Positions 17,677 through 27,961 of a stretch of 46,131 nt of DNA are shown in pieces. Position numbers and translations under genes: made by a program. The notes under the pieces were generated by a model. That model worked only from the letters and a program-made list of their open reading frames with translations. It made no database searches and was not told the DNA's origin. The DNA comes from Promethearchaeota archaeon (GTDB lineage Archaea > Asgardarchaeota > Lokiarchaeia > Sigyniarchaeales > SOKP01), in NCBI GenBank assembly GCA_019058365.1, contig JAHPZE010000032.1, positions 1 through 46,131 of the forward strand. The letters are read 5' to 3'. The stretch's first letter is position 1; each line of letters begins with the position of its first letter.

Positions 17677-18531
17677 ATGAGCTTACCAAGAAAAATAGTG
17701 ATTGCAGGTTCTACAGGTCATCTTGGTAAAGCACTTGTAGAAATAGGTCTTAAAAGAGGATTTCAAATTCGAGCACTTGCACGTCACCCAGATGTACTTA
17801 ATGTTTATAAATCAAATGCATTATTTGAAATTGTTAAAGTTGATGTGACAAATCCAGAAGAATTAAAAGGGATATTCGATGGATTTAATACTCTTATTAC
17901 TACAATTGGAATAACTAGACAAAAAGATAAGGTAACATTTATGGATATAGATTATCAAGCAAATTTAAATCTTCTACTCGAAGCAAAAAGAAATTATATC
18001 AATAAATTCATTTATACTTCTGGTTTTGGTGTAGAGGATAATTTGGATATTGCATTATACCGCGCAAAGTATGAATTTGAACGTGAGCTTAAAACAAGTG
18101 GAATTCATTATGTGATAATGCGTCCCACAGGATTTTACTCTGATATTCTCGAATTTTTTGAAATGGCTAAGAAAGGAAGAATAATATTACTTGGACATGG
18201 GAATAATTATATGAATCCTATTGATCCTCTTGATTTAGCTGATTTCTTTTATGACCATATTGACGATATAGATAAAATCTTACCTGTCGGTGGACCAGAT
18301 ATAATGAAGATCAATGATATTGCTAAATTGGCATTTGAAATACTTGGTAAACCACCTAAAATTGCTCACCTACCTTCCTTTATTGTAAAATTATTGCTTG
18401 GATTAATACGACTCTATTCTTTTAAAACATATACGATTTTAAAATTTATGAGTCGTTATATGAACGAGGATGTCATTGCTCCTAAATATGGGACTCATCA
18501 TTTAAAAGAAGAATTCGAAGCTAATATATAA
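17677..18531 (+). CDS. NAD(P)-binding atypical SDR / NmrA-like oxidoreductase
   Basis: AGSTGHLG, DYQANLNLL, YRAK, MRPTGFY, VGGPD. Confidence 0.9.
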   Translation: MSLPRKIVIAGSTGHLGKALVEIGLKRGFQIRALARHPDVLNVYKSNALFEIVKVDVTNPEELKGIFDGFNTLITTIGITRQKDKVTFMDIDYQANLNLLLEAKRNYINKFIYTSGFGVEDNLDIALYRAKYEFERELKTSGIHYVIMRPTGFYSDILEFFEMAKKGRIILLGHGNNYMNPIDPLDLADFFYDHIDDIDKILPVGGPDIMKINDIAKLAFEILGKPPKIAHLPSFIVKLLLGLIRLYSFKTYTILKFMSRYMNEDVIAPKYGTHHLKEEFEANI

Positions 18532-18819
18532 TACTAAAATTTGTATAGGTTCAAAAGCTAGATGTTAAATTATCTTACGCAAATTGTATAATATAACCGC
18601 ATTAGTTAATAAAAATCTCGGTTTGATTGTCAATTTTATTATTAGAAATAGATATTTATAAAAATTAGATCTTTTTTTATTTTTTACTGATAAATGGATG
18701 AAAAGATAGAAATTTGTGAATAAATTGTAATACTTCTGCTTTAATAGCTTCTGTCATATCCTTTACTATGATTAAGATTAAAATATAGAATTAAAATTCA
18801 ATCAAAATGGTAAGGATAA

Positions 18820-19764
18820 ATGTTAGAGAATCAAATTTTTAAACCAGCAAAGTCAAACGGTGGAAAATATCTAACTTTTATTACTGTAGCTATTACAGCA
18901 TTGATCTTAATAATTTTAATTTCAATATATCCAATTCTTCAAAATGTTTCACTCTTGATATTAATATTAAGCATTTTTATAACGATAATTGTGATATTTA
19001 TATTATTAATTTATGCATATTATGAACTGGAATACATTCTTACTGATGAGTATCTTTTAATTAAATGGGGATTAAAAACTACAAGAATACACGTTGATGC
19101 GATTAAAAGAGTAATTAAACCTGAAACGAAACATTATGAGGGCATTAGATTGGGCGGAGTAGGGATTCCAGGATACTTATTTGGAAAATTCAAATTCTTA
19201 ATCGAGGGCGTTTTCGAGACAGTCTTTTTATATGCTACTAAACTTGATAATCTCTTGTACATTGAGACGAAAGGACAAAAAAAGAAATTATATGGAATAA
19301 CTCCCGCTAAAGATGATGATTTTATTAGAAGCCTTAAGGATATAAGCAGAAATATAGAGTCTCAAGTTATAAAAAAACCCAAGACCTTTAAAATCACTAA
19401 AAGTTCTTCAAAAGATATTAAATATGCTTTATCCTTATTCTTAATTTCAATTCTCCTTTCAATCTCGGGATTAACTTATTTCTTAATTATCTACTTTCAA
19501 TTACCTCAAACGATTCCGCTTCATTTTTCAATTCATTTCGTTCCTAATAGATATGGAAATAAAATAGATTTACTTGGGATTTTTTCATTTTTCATTATCT
19601 TTGGAATTGGACTCAGCTCAGTACTCTATTATTACATCCATAGAAAAACACATTTAGATCAAACAAAGTATGGTTATAGTATAATGTTATTACCAGTAGC
19701 AATTAACACTTTATTCTTGATTTTGACGATCGTTATTTTAAATCAGACTTTAGCTTTCGTTTGA
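18820..19764 (+). CDS. Membrane protein with bacterial-PH domain and DUF1648
   Basis: Two N-terminal TM helices, GIRLGGVGIPGY..GKF and YGITP (bPH); LPQTIPLHF...PNRYG.K (DUF1648); further TM helices. Confidence 0.75.
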   Translation: MLENQIFKPAKSNGGKYLTFITVAITALILIILISIYPILQNVSLLILILSIFITIIVIFILLIYAYYELEYILTDEYLLIKWGLKTTRIHVDAIKRVIKPETKHYEGIRLGGVGIPGYLFGKFKFLIEGVFETVFLYATKLDNLLYIETKGQKKKLYGITPAKDDDFIRSLKDISRNIESQVIKKPKTFKITKSSSKDIKYALSLFLISILLSISGLTYFLIIYFQLPQTIPLHFSIHFVPNRYGNKIDLLGIFSFFIIFGIGLSSVLYYYIHRKTHLDQTKYGYSIMLLPVAINTLFLILTIVILNQTLAFV

Positions 19765-20007
19765 ATATTAGTTGATTTTACAAAACTCTGATTTCATTAA
19801 AATATTAAGTCCAATAAGAAAATAAAGAATTTATCTTTATGTTGCTAAAATAATTTTTATTTTTGCGAATTTTTTTTTTTGAAAATTTTCCTACTCTTAT
19901 TAAAGCTAAGAATTTTATAACGCTTTCATTGAAAATGTATGAGAATGACAAACAATCTCTGAATTTAAGCAAAAAAGGTATTAATTTTTTAATGCTAATT
20001 TTCATTA

Positions 20008-20373
20008 TTATTTCTTATCTAAATTCTCCTTTACTCTATACTCTACGATCTTTCTTATTAGATCATAAGGTATCGGCTTATTGATTGGAAATTTGACAGA
20101 ACCTTTTGCTACCTCATATAGAGACAAATCTTTTTTAAAAGCTTCAATTCCTGATGGCGTAGGATAAAAACCAATATGATTTTTATAAGCTGCAAAATGC
20201 AGCAAGTTACCATTTAATTTAAAAGTAGGTATTTGATAACTGATCGTTTCTTCAGCTTTTGGAGCAGAATTGCTAATAACATATCTCAATTTTTCTAAAA
20301 TTTCTTGAACTTTTTTTGGAAATGTACCAATATACTCATCCATGGTTTTAAATTGTTTTTTAGGTTTACTCAT
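20008..20373 (-). CDS. DUF1801 / YdhG-like protein
   Basis: DEYI, E.ISYQIPTF, HFAAYKNHIGFYP, KGSVKFP...PIP. Confidence 0.9.
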   Translation of the reverse strand: MSKPKKQFKTMDEYIGTFPKKVQEILEKLRYVISNSAPKAEETISYQIPTFKLNGNLLHFAAYKNHIGFYPTPSGIEAFKKDLSLYEVAKGSVKFPINKPIPYDLIRKIVEYRVKENLDKK

Positions 20374-20570
20374 GTTTTTTCATAATGGATTGACATATTT
20401 AAATATATTTTAGATTGGAAATATAGTTATAATATTTTCAAAGTGAGGGTAATTCCTTAGGATTTTACAATTTTATTTATTCTATACTTTTAAAAATTTA
20501 TATCTTAGCGAATATTAGTTCATTTTAAGCTTGATAAAACATAATTAATTATTAAGAAAAATCATAAGAA

Positions 20571-21098
20571 ATGGAAAAACCCGCTTTATTAGTTATAGAT
20601 ATGCAAGTTGGGAATTTTGAAGGTGCTAATCCAATATATAATGGATCATTCTTACTTGATAAGATCCAACGATTGATTGAAAAAGCACGAAACTCAGAAA
20701 TTCCAATTATTTATGTTCAAAACAATGGAGGAAAAGAAGATCCAGATGAATTTGGAACACCTGGGTGGGAAATTCATCCATCAATTAGCCCCTTAGCTAA
20801 TGATATAATAGTTCAAAAGGAGATTCCAGACAGTTTTCACAATACAAGACTACAAGAAGAGCTAAATATGAGAGGAGTAAATAAACTCATCATTGGAGGA
20901 TTACAAACGGAATATTGTATTGATACAACTTGTCGCCGAGCTTATAGCTTAGGATATAAAGTAATACTTGTAAAAGATGCACACAGTACTTGGGATTCAA
21001 CTCATTTTTCTGCTGAAGAAATTATAAACCACCATAATGAGGTGCTAGGATCCTTTTTTGTTACCTTGAAGAAAGAACAAGAATTGTATTTTAAATAG
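20571..21098 (+). CDS. Isochorismatase-family cysteine hydrolase
   Basis: D-K-C triad: LVIDMQ, QK..PDSF, QTEYCIDTT. Confidence 0.92.
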   Translation: MEKPALLVIDMQVGNFEGANPIYNGSFLLDKIQRLIEKARNSEIPIIYVQNNGGKEDPDEFGTPGWEIHPSISPLANDIIVQKEIPDSFHNTRLQEELNMRGVNKLIIGGLQTEYCIDTTCRRAYSLGYKVILVKDAHSTWDSTHFSAEEIINHHNEVLGSFFVTLKKEQELYFK

Positions 21099-21152
21099 CA
21101 GAAATCGATTAAAATAAAATTAAAAAAAAGTAAAAAAAAAATCTAAAACTTA

Positions 21153-22361
21153 TTATTTTTGATAACTATTCCATTTTTTTTCAAGATTAGGATCTTGTAA
21201 GGCCTCCATGATATATTTTGCATAATCTTCTCCCTTTGCTCCTGTATCTCTTCCAGTTACTTTTAACTTTTTCTCATAAATTGCACATATATCTAATGCC
21301 ATTTCTAGTCTTTTAGCTTTTTCTACAAACCCAATGTGATTCAAAAGCATTGCTGACGCTTTTATTATACTTGTTGGATCTGCATATTTAATTCTACCAG
21401 TTTCAACCATCCTTGGAGCAGTACCATGTATCGCTTCAAACATTGCATATCGTTTTCCAATATTAGCACTACCTGCAGTGCCAACAGATCCCTGAATCTG
21501 AGCAGCTTCATCAGTAATGATATCGCCATATAGATTTGGTGCTACAAATACTTTGAACTCTGATTGACGTGCTGGGTCAATCAATTTAGCTGCCATGATA
21601 TCAATATACCAATCATCAAATTTCACTTCTGGATATTCATTTTTTGCAATCTCTTTTGCCATGTTTAAGTACATTCCATCTGTAGTTTTAACTACATTAG
21701 CCTTAGTCACTAAGGAAACTCTATTAACTCCTGTCTTTTTAGCATAATCAAAAGCTAATCTTAAGATGCGATCTGTTCCCTGTTTAGTGTGTACGCAAAA
21801 ATCAAAAGCTAGATCATCAGTAACTCTAATCCCTTTTGATCCCAATACATAAGCGCCTTCAGTATTTTCTCTGAAAAATATCCAATCAATTTGTTGTTCA
21901 GGAATTTTTACTGGACGAACATTTGCAAATAAGTCTAATTCTCTTCGCATGGAAACATTAGCACTTTCGAGATTTGGCCATTTCCCAGAAGCTAAATCAG
22001 CTGAACTTGGCGTGTGAGTAGGGCCTTTTAAAATAACATGGCACTTCTTTAATTGTTCTAAACTTTCATCAGGGATTGCTTTCATTAAATTTGCTCTATT
22101 TTCAATAGTAAGCCCTTCAATATCTCTAAATTCAACCTTTCCATTCTCAATTTCCTCTTTTAAAAGAAAATTAAGAATTTCTTCTGCGTGTTTTGTGATT
22201 TCTGGACCTATACCATCACCCCCAGCAACTCCTATGATAATAGGCTTTAATGTTGTATAGTCTATCCAATCTGCACCTTTTTTCAAATTCTCAATTCTAT
22301 TTAGTTGTTCTCTTACAAGTTTTTCAAAATGATTTTTAGCATTTTCGATTACATCATTCAT
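21153..22361 (-). CDS. icd: Isocitrate dehydrogenase (isocitrate/isopropylmalate dehydrogenase family)
   Basis: GDGIGPEI, SANVSMRR (SxNxxxR isocitrate-type), ANVRP, RENTEGAY, TKANV, NLYGDIITD, EAIHGTAP; near aclAB. Confidence 0.8.
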   Translation of the reverse strand: MNDVIENAKNHFEKLVREQLNRIENLKKGADWIDYTTLKPIIIGVAGGDGIGPEITKHAEEILNFLLKEEIENGKVEFRDIEGLTIENRANLMKAIPDESLEQLKKCHVILKGPTHTPSSADLASGKWPNLESANVSMRRELDLFANVRPVKIPEQQIDWIFFRENTEGAYVLGSKGIRVTDDLAFDFCVHTKQGTDRILRLAFDYAKKTGVNRVSLVTKANVVKTTDGMYLNMAKEIAKNEYPEVKFDDWYIDIMAAKLIDPARQSEFKVFVAPNLYGDIITDEAAQIQGSVGTAGSANIGKRYAMFEAIHGTAPRMVETGRIKYADPTSIIKASAMLLNHIGFVEKAKRLEMALDICAIYEKKLKVTGRDTGAKGEDYAKYIMEALQDPNLEKKWNSYQK

Positions 22362-22563
22362 TTTCTTCTAATCCTCGAATAAAATATGTTTATTTTCTGA
22401 ATTTTGAATTTTTTATTATTTTTATTGATTCTGATTTATGTAATTTCAATGGAATACCATCTATATACTTCCCATTAATTAATTACAATATTTCTACTAC
22501 CAATATAATTTAAAAAAATAAATAAGGATTGTTAAATCTTCTATTTTTAAAGATTAAACAATT

Positions 22564-24291
22564 TTATAATCCTTCATATAATAGAATTAAACCAGTGACC
22601 ATAATTATTATTGCTATTCCTGGAAATATAGCACATCCAAAATATATGTACATAAATATGTTCCCTTCATTAGCGAGTTGCCCTAATGTAACAATTTTTT
22701 GATCTGAGAATCCTAAAAAGTTGATGGATTCAAAAAGTATAATTGCAATACCAACCATTAATGGAACATATTTTACAAATGATTTAAAAACATTGATTTC
22801 CAAAGAAGAAGCATTAGCAATTATCCTTGTAAAACTCGGAATAAGAAAGATCCCGATAAATATCATTGTAATTATAAAATTCGTTCCAAAAATCGAAGAT
22901 ATTAAAAAAATCAGAATCACACTAGGAATTATATATATAATTAATGTAAATCCTGTAAATAAATTTTTACCCCTTTCACTTAATTTCGTGGCAATTAGCC
23001 CAAACAACAATCCTCCTAAGATCCCTATAACAACAGCTCCAATTCCAACCAAGATAGAGAATGAAACGCCCCAAATAATCTGACTAAGCATATCACGCCC
23101 AAGTTTTCCTTGTCCTAAAAGATGATCAGAAGATGGTGGTTGCCATGCTCCTGGAAAAGAACCTTTTATTTCTGTGAGAGAATATTGGCTTAGAATTTCA
23201 GGAAACAATGCTACAATAATAAAAAAACCAGTAATGATTAAACCTATGATTGTAAGGGGAGATTTCCATTTTAAATGTGGATAAAATTCATCAAAAGATC
23301 CAGGAGATATAAACTGTTCCGGTTCACGTGTACTAAAAATGATATTTGAAATAGCTAAGGTAATAGCAAAAAAAATTATTATCATATTCAAAAAAGCAAT
23401 TATAACGAAAAAATCTCCAAGAGATATTGCGTTAAGAAAATAGGTACCAAAACCGCCTAGATTAAAAGTAGTTTCAACTAAAATAATTGAAGTAAAAATA
23501 AAACCAAAATGATAACCAATAGTTGCAGTATTTGAAATTAGAGATCTAGTAGTAGTAATAGCATTGCTTTCTATCGTAGAACGATATTGTCTTATTACAA
23601 GTGCAGTAATGATAAGTGTTAAACATAATTGTGGTAATATAAAATGCAGAAGAATATCTCCAGCCAAAACAAGATTTCCATCAATTAAAGAATCTATAAT
23701 GAGAAATCCCGTGATTAACGACGGATCTGTATATGAAGTTGACTTATAACCCGATACTGGCAATGCATTCAAAACATAACCAAACAACAATTGAAAGATC
23801 ATTGCTAATACAAACGCAGGGATTGCAATAGCAATTGCTACGTATATATTAATATATCTCCCAATCTTATGATCTTCAAATTTTCTTGAAAGTCTACCAA
23901 GAATAATGCCTACTACTAATCCTATTATTAAAGGAATAAAAATAATTTCAATAGTTCTAGGAATCGCAATTCGAAGCATTTCAGTGACTGGCATCCCTCT
24001 TGATATTGCGATGGAAACTCCCCAATCACCTATAAAGAGATTACCTAAGTATCTAAAAAATTGAAGAATAATAGGTTGATCAAACCCCAATGTATGTAAA
24101 GCATCTAGATATTGTTCTTGAGTGGGATTATGAATGCCTAAAGAAAAAAGATATACCATCACGGGATCATTCGGTAAAAAACGAACAATAATAAAATTTA
24201 TGAAAACACCAATGATAAATATTAAAAATGAGATAATAACAGCAAAAATTATATTTTTATGAACTTCCTTTAATTCAACCAGAACAATCAC
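22564..24291 (-). CDS. Fused DppB-DppC peptide ABC permease-like protein lacking both EAA loops
   Basis: DppB motifs (LPNDP, LGFDQP, GDWGVS, TGFLIIDSLI, HFILP, VETTF) followed by DppC motifs (PPSSDHLLG...GRDML..IIWG, FLGF, FPGIAI). Confidence 0.88.
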   Translation of the reverse strand: MIVLVELKEVHKNIIFAVIISFLIFIIGVFINFIIVRFLPNDPVMVYLFSLGIHNPTQEQYLDALHTLGFDQPIILQFFRYLGNLFIGDWGVSIAISRGMPVTEMLRIAIPRTIEIIFIPLIIGLVVGIILGRLSRKFEDHKIGRYINIYVAIAIAIPAFVLAMIFQLLFGYVLNALPVSGYKSTSYTDPSLITGFLIIDSLIDGNLVLAGDILLHFILPQLCLTLIITALVIRQYRSTIESNAITTTRSLISNTATIGYHFGFIFTSIILVETTFNLGGFGTYFLNAISLGDFFVIIAFLNMIIIFFAITLAISNIIFSTREPEQFISPGSFDEFYPHLKWKSPLTIIGLIITGFFIIVALFPEILSQYSLTEIKGSFPGAWQPPSSDHLLGQGKLGRDMLSQIIWGVSFSILVGIGAVVIGILGGLLFGLIATKLSERGKNLFTGFTLIIYIIPSVILIFLISSIFGTNFIITMIFIGIFLIPSFTRIIANASSLEINVFKSFVKYVPLMVGIAIILFESINFLGFSDQKIVTLGQLANEGNIFMYIYFGCAIFPGIAIIIMVTGLILLYEGL

Positions 24292-24484
24292 ACCCTCTTA
24301 AACTATTAATCTAACAATTAAAAGTTAATTTAAAAATAAGATCAAACTACTATATAAAGATTATTCAGAACAAATTCAAAGAGATTTTATTAATGTCAAT
24401 AAAATCTTTATGCTTCTAATTTTAATATTTAAGATTTTGATTTGTGATTTTAATGATACTTTTAATTCTTACTCAACTAGATTT

Positions 24485-26320
24485 CTATTCTGAAAACAAA
24501 ATTTCATCCCAAGGTTGCCTATATAAACCAGCACGTTGGCGTTTTTGATCAAAAATGTGCCCCATCATTCCTATCGAACGGCCAAGTACAAATAATCCAT
24601 TCAATGCTTCACTGTATATAACATCTTCAATTTCTTCTTGTGTAAAATTCAAATTTTCTAATAAATCTAAAAATGTAATCCCTATACACCCATCAACATT
24701 TAATATCAGATTATTCCTTTTAGATGTGGTTAATTTCTCAACCTCTAGAGCAAAATCCATATGAGGGTGCTTTTTGAAATTTTTAAATACAAATTCTTTA
24801 AGTAGGACAACTCTTACATCTGGATTTTGAACTGATTTAATTCGATGTCCTATTCCTGGAATATTAATTTTCACAACATCTTTCATATATTTTATAAACT
24901 CAGTTGGCTTCATTTCATTTTGTAAAGCTTCTCTTACATATTTTGCTGCATCTGATATTGCACCCCCGAATCTTGGACCTATAGTTAAAATCCCGCTAGC
25001 TAAAGCTGACATAAGATCTTTTCCAGCACGAGCAGTAATAATTGCATTATGTGCTCCTGATACTGCTGGACCGTGATCTGCTGTTAATTTAATTACCATT
25101 TCAATAAATTGTTGAGCAAATTCCGGTAACTCTCGTTTAAACCATAAAAGTCCAATAACATAGCCGATTGATCGATTATCCCTAATGATATCATCTAATC
25201 CAACTCCTGCGAATGTAGGAACATCTCCTCTATCATCACTAATAGTTACGACAACATCAGATGGTCTTCTAACTAATCCTAATCTTATAGCTTCATTGAA
25301 ATCAGTGGGAATTCTAGGAGGTTCAATATCTTTAGCAGGTTTAAGTTTCCCTTCTCGTACTAGATTTTCATAAGTTTTTTTAATCAATTTATCAAAATCT
25401 TCATAAGATTCAGGAACAAACGCTCCTGCTTTCTTAAGAGCTTGATTTTTAGCTTCTGCTGTCTCTCTTGAAGTACCTGCCATAGCACCAGCATGTCCAA
25501 ATTGTAAACCTTGAGGTAAAATCTTAGCTGCTGTACCAGTGACCCATATAACGAGTGGTTTAGTAATCTTGGTATTTTTTAATGCATCTACAATCTCATA
25601 TTCCTCAGTTCCACCAATCTCTCCAAGACAAACTAACATTTTGATATTTGGATTTGATTCATAACGTAAAAGATGTTCAATTAATCTAGAACCAGGATAA
25701 CGATCTCCTCCAATTGCGATGGACTCATAAACTCCATCTGTATTTTGTGCGATCATAAAGTTCATTTCATTACTCAGACCACCTGACTTAGAAACAAAAC
25801 CTACAGAACCGGGGCGGTATAACTTTGAAAGGATGATATTTTCGAGTGTTCCTGCTGTATTAGCAATCTTAAATGCCCCAGCTTTTATACCACCTACAGT
25901 TGCTGGCCCTATTATGATCTTGTTTTTCTCATTAGCGATTTTAATCAAAAATCTGCTTTGTCTTTCTGGCATGCCTTCTGCAATAATAACAACTACTCGA
26001 ATTGTACCTGTTTCAAGGGCTTCTTTACTTGTATCATAAGCGGATCGGAAAGAGGCAAAATTTATCATTACATCAGCATTAGGATGCTTTTTAACTGCCA
26101 TTTCAAGTGTTTTATAAACTGGGATGACAACTTCTTTACTTCCCCAAAAAGCTTTATGATATGCAACTGCAGCTTCTTGAGTTGTTTGAATCATTGCAGC
26201 GACTGAAGGTTTTTTTCGTCGACAGACATAATCAAAATCAAGCATTCTTTGAACGGGCGCAGCTTGAAGGCCATATATTATGGATTGGGTATCTTCATTA
26301 AATAACTCATAACTTTCCAA
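24485..26320 (-). CDS. aclA: ATP-citrate lyase alpha subunit
   Basis: QRMLDFDY, INFASFRSA, IIAEG, GPATVGG, QFGHAGA phospho-His, ADHGPAVSGAHN, GIGHRIKS, LILNVDG; GAGGTGA before the TTG. Confidence 0.97.
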   Translation of the reverse strand: MESYELFNEDTQSIIYGLQAAPVQRMLDFDYVCRRKKPSVAAMIQTTQEAAVAYHKAFWGSKEVVIPVYKTLEMAVKKHPNADVMINFASFRSAYDTSKEALETGTIRVVVIIAEGMPERQSRFLIKIANEKNKIIIGPATVGGIKAGAFKIANTAGTLENIILSKLYRPGSVGFVSKSGGLSNEMNFMIAQNTDGVYESIAIGGDRYPGSRLIEHLLRYESNPNIKMLVCLGEIGGTEEYEIVDALKNTKITKPLVIWVTGTAAKILPQGLQFGHAGAMAGTSRETAEAKNQALKKAGAFVPESYEDFDKLIKKTYENLVREGKLKPAKDIEPPRIPTDFNEAIRLGLVRRPSDVVVTISDDRGDVPTFAGVGLDDIIRDNRSIGYVIGLLWFKRELPEFAQQFIEMVIKLTADHGPAVSGAHNAIITARAGKDLMSALASGILTIGPRFGGAISDAAKYVREALQNEMKPTEFIKYMKDVVKINIPGIGHRIKSVQNPDVRVVLLKEFVFKNFKKHPHMDFALEVEKLTTSKRNNLILNVDGCIGITFLDLLENLNFTQEEIEDVIYSEALNGLFVLGRSIGMMGHIFDQKRQRAGLYRQPWDEILFSE

Positions 26321-26323
26321 TTA

Positions 26324-27613
26324 TTATTCACCTCTCATTTTTTCAATCATTCGAGATACTGGACGCGTCATACTACTATACCGATCGTAAATATCAATAG
26401 GAATCCCTGTTTCTTCTCCAACTTTTTTCATTAACTCTAATCCTTGTTTTTCATTAGGACCGCCTCTGCGAACTAAGATTTTCACATTTGCTTTCTTTAA
26501 TTTATTAACTGAATTTTTTATCGCACTAACAATACCTCCAAAAGTAGCCTTCACGTCAGTAAAATTTGCAATTCCTCCTCCAATTATTAAATATTTTTCT
26601 CTCCCTTTAGGATCTGGTTTTTCTGTAATGATGTCAATTACAGTTTGAGCATAAATTTCAGTATGTTCTTGGGAAGGATTACCTGAATATTCTCCATAAT
26701 TACCCAATTCTTCTGAAAAACCAAGATCTGCTATAGTATCAGTATAAATGACACTTGCTCCACCCCCAGCTACCATCGTCCAGACACGACCTTCTCGATT
26801 TAAGATAGTCAATTTAAGTGAAGCTCCTGTTTTTTCATCAAGTTCTTTAATTTTAATTTCTTCAGCACTCATTTTCTGACCAAATCCCGCTGGAAATTCA
26901 ATAGGATGCTCCGGATTGCCCCAAGTATCAGCATGCAAAAACGCAGCAGTATCATCTAATCGAGCTTTTACATCTAAAGGAACAATCTTTTTATCTTCAG
27001 TAATTGCAAATGGATTTATTTCAAGAAATGTAAAATCCTGGTCTACATATACTTGATATAATCCTTTTATAAATGGAATTAAAGATGTCTTTAAATCGCC
27101 TAAATTAGGTAATTTGTTCTCTAAATCAAAAGTATTTATATCTGTACTAATTGGAACTTTAATGTGGGTAACTTTATCCCAATTTTCCTCAATAAAAATA
27201 CCTCCTTCAAAACTAAAGTGAATGACATCATTATCTCTCTCTGAGGTGATGGATACATAATATTCTTTTTCATGTGGTATAAAAGGTTCAATTAACAATC
27301 GATTTAATTCCCCTTTGACATTACCGATTAGAAATTCTTTATTTAAATTCTCTTTACAGAATTTTTTTACTTGGTTAAGATCAGCATCTAATAATAGAAG
27401 TTTGGCTTTACCTCGTTTTCCAAATAGTTGATCAGGTTTAACTACTACTTTTTCAGATTTAATCCAAGGATTTTCATCTGCTAACTTATCTAAATTTGTA
27501 GTACTTTCAATAACAGCTAATTTATTATGGTAGTTAAAATTTGGATAATATTTTGGTAATGTTTTTGCTAAATGTTTTTTAGCATCATATTCAAAGATAT
27601 TTTTCTGTGCCAA
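26324..27613 (-). CDS. aclB: ATP-citrate lyase beta subunit
   Basis: VVKPDQLFGKRGK, LEINP, ASLKLTILN, MVAGGGASV, NYGEYSG, GGGIANFTDV, RRGGPN. Confidence 0.97.
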   Translation of the reverse strand: MAQKNIFEYDAKKHLAKTLPKYYPNFNYHNKLAVIESTTNLDKLADENPWIKSEKVVVKPDQLFGKRGKAKLLLLDADLNQVKKFCKENLNKEFLIGNVKGELNRLLIEPFIPHEKEYYVSITSERDNDVIHFSFEGGIFIEENWDKVTHIKVPISTDINTFDLENKLPNLGDLKTSLIPFIKGLYQVYVDQDFTFLEINPFAITEDKKIVPLDVKARLDDTAAFLHADTWGNPEHPIEFPAGFGQKMSAEEIKIKELDEKTGASLKLTILNREGRVWTMVAGGGASVIYTDTIADLGFSEELGNYGEYSGNPSQEHTEIYAQTVIDIITEKPDPKGREKYLIIGGGIANFTDVKATFGGIVSAIKNSVNKLKKANVKILVRRGGPNEKQGLELMKKVGEETGIPIDIYDRYSSMTRPVSRMIEKMRGE

Positions 27614-27961
27614 AATTCTCTAACTCTTCAGATTTTTTACATAAATTTCATTAAAAACGATAATTTATGTAGATTCTGTTTTCTAATAAATTTTACTTAG
27701 TCTAATAATATAAGAAATTGATCCCTATTTTGTAATTTAATAATCTTTTTTCGAATTATAACTCAAATCTCTAAAGAAATTTATAATTTAATGAAAAAAA
27801 TTAAAGTTCTATGGTTGTTATTTCATTTCTCATAATATTATGAAAACTTCTATACTAAAATATCTTTTTACTTGAAACATGAAATAGGGGTTTTTTCTCT
27901 TCATTTTTACTTATAAATTAGCACTTAATTTGAAACAGTACAATAACAATATGATAATATA

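Noticed and set aside
24485-27613. ACL as proof of autotrophic reverse TCA
   Set aside because: No fumarate reductase or 2-oxoglutarate synthase in the window, and ACL also has heterotrophic roles.
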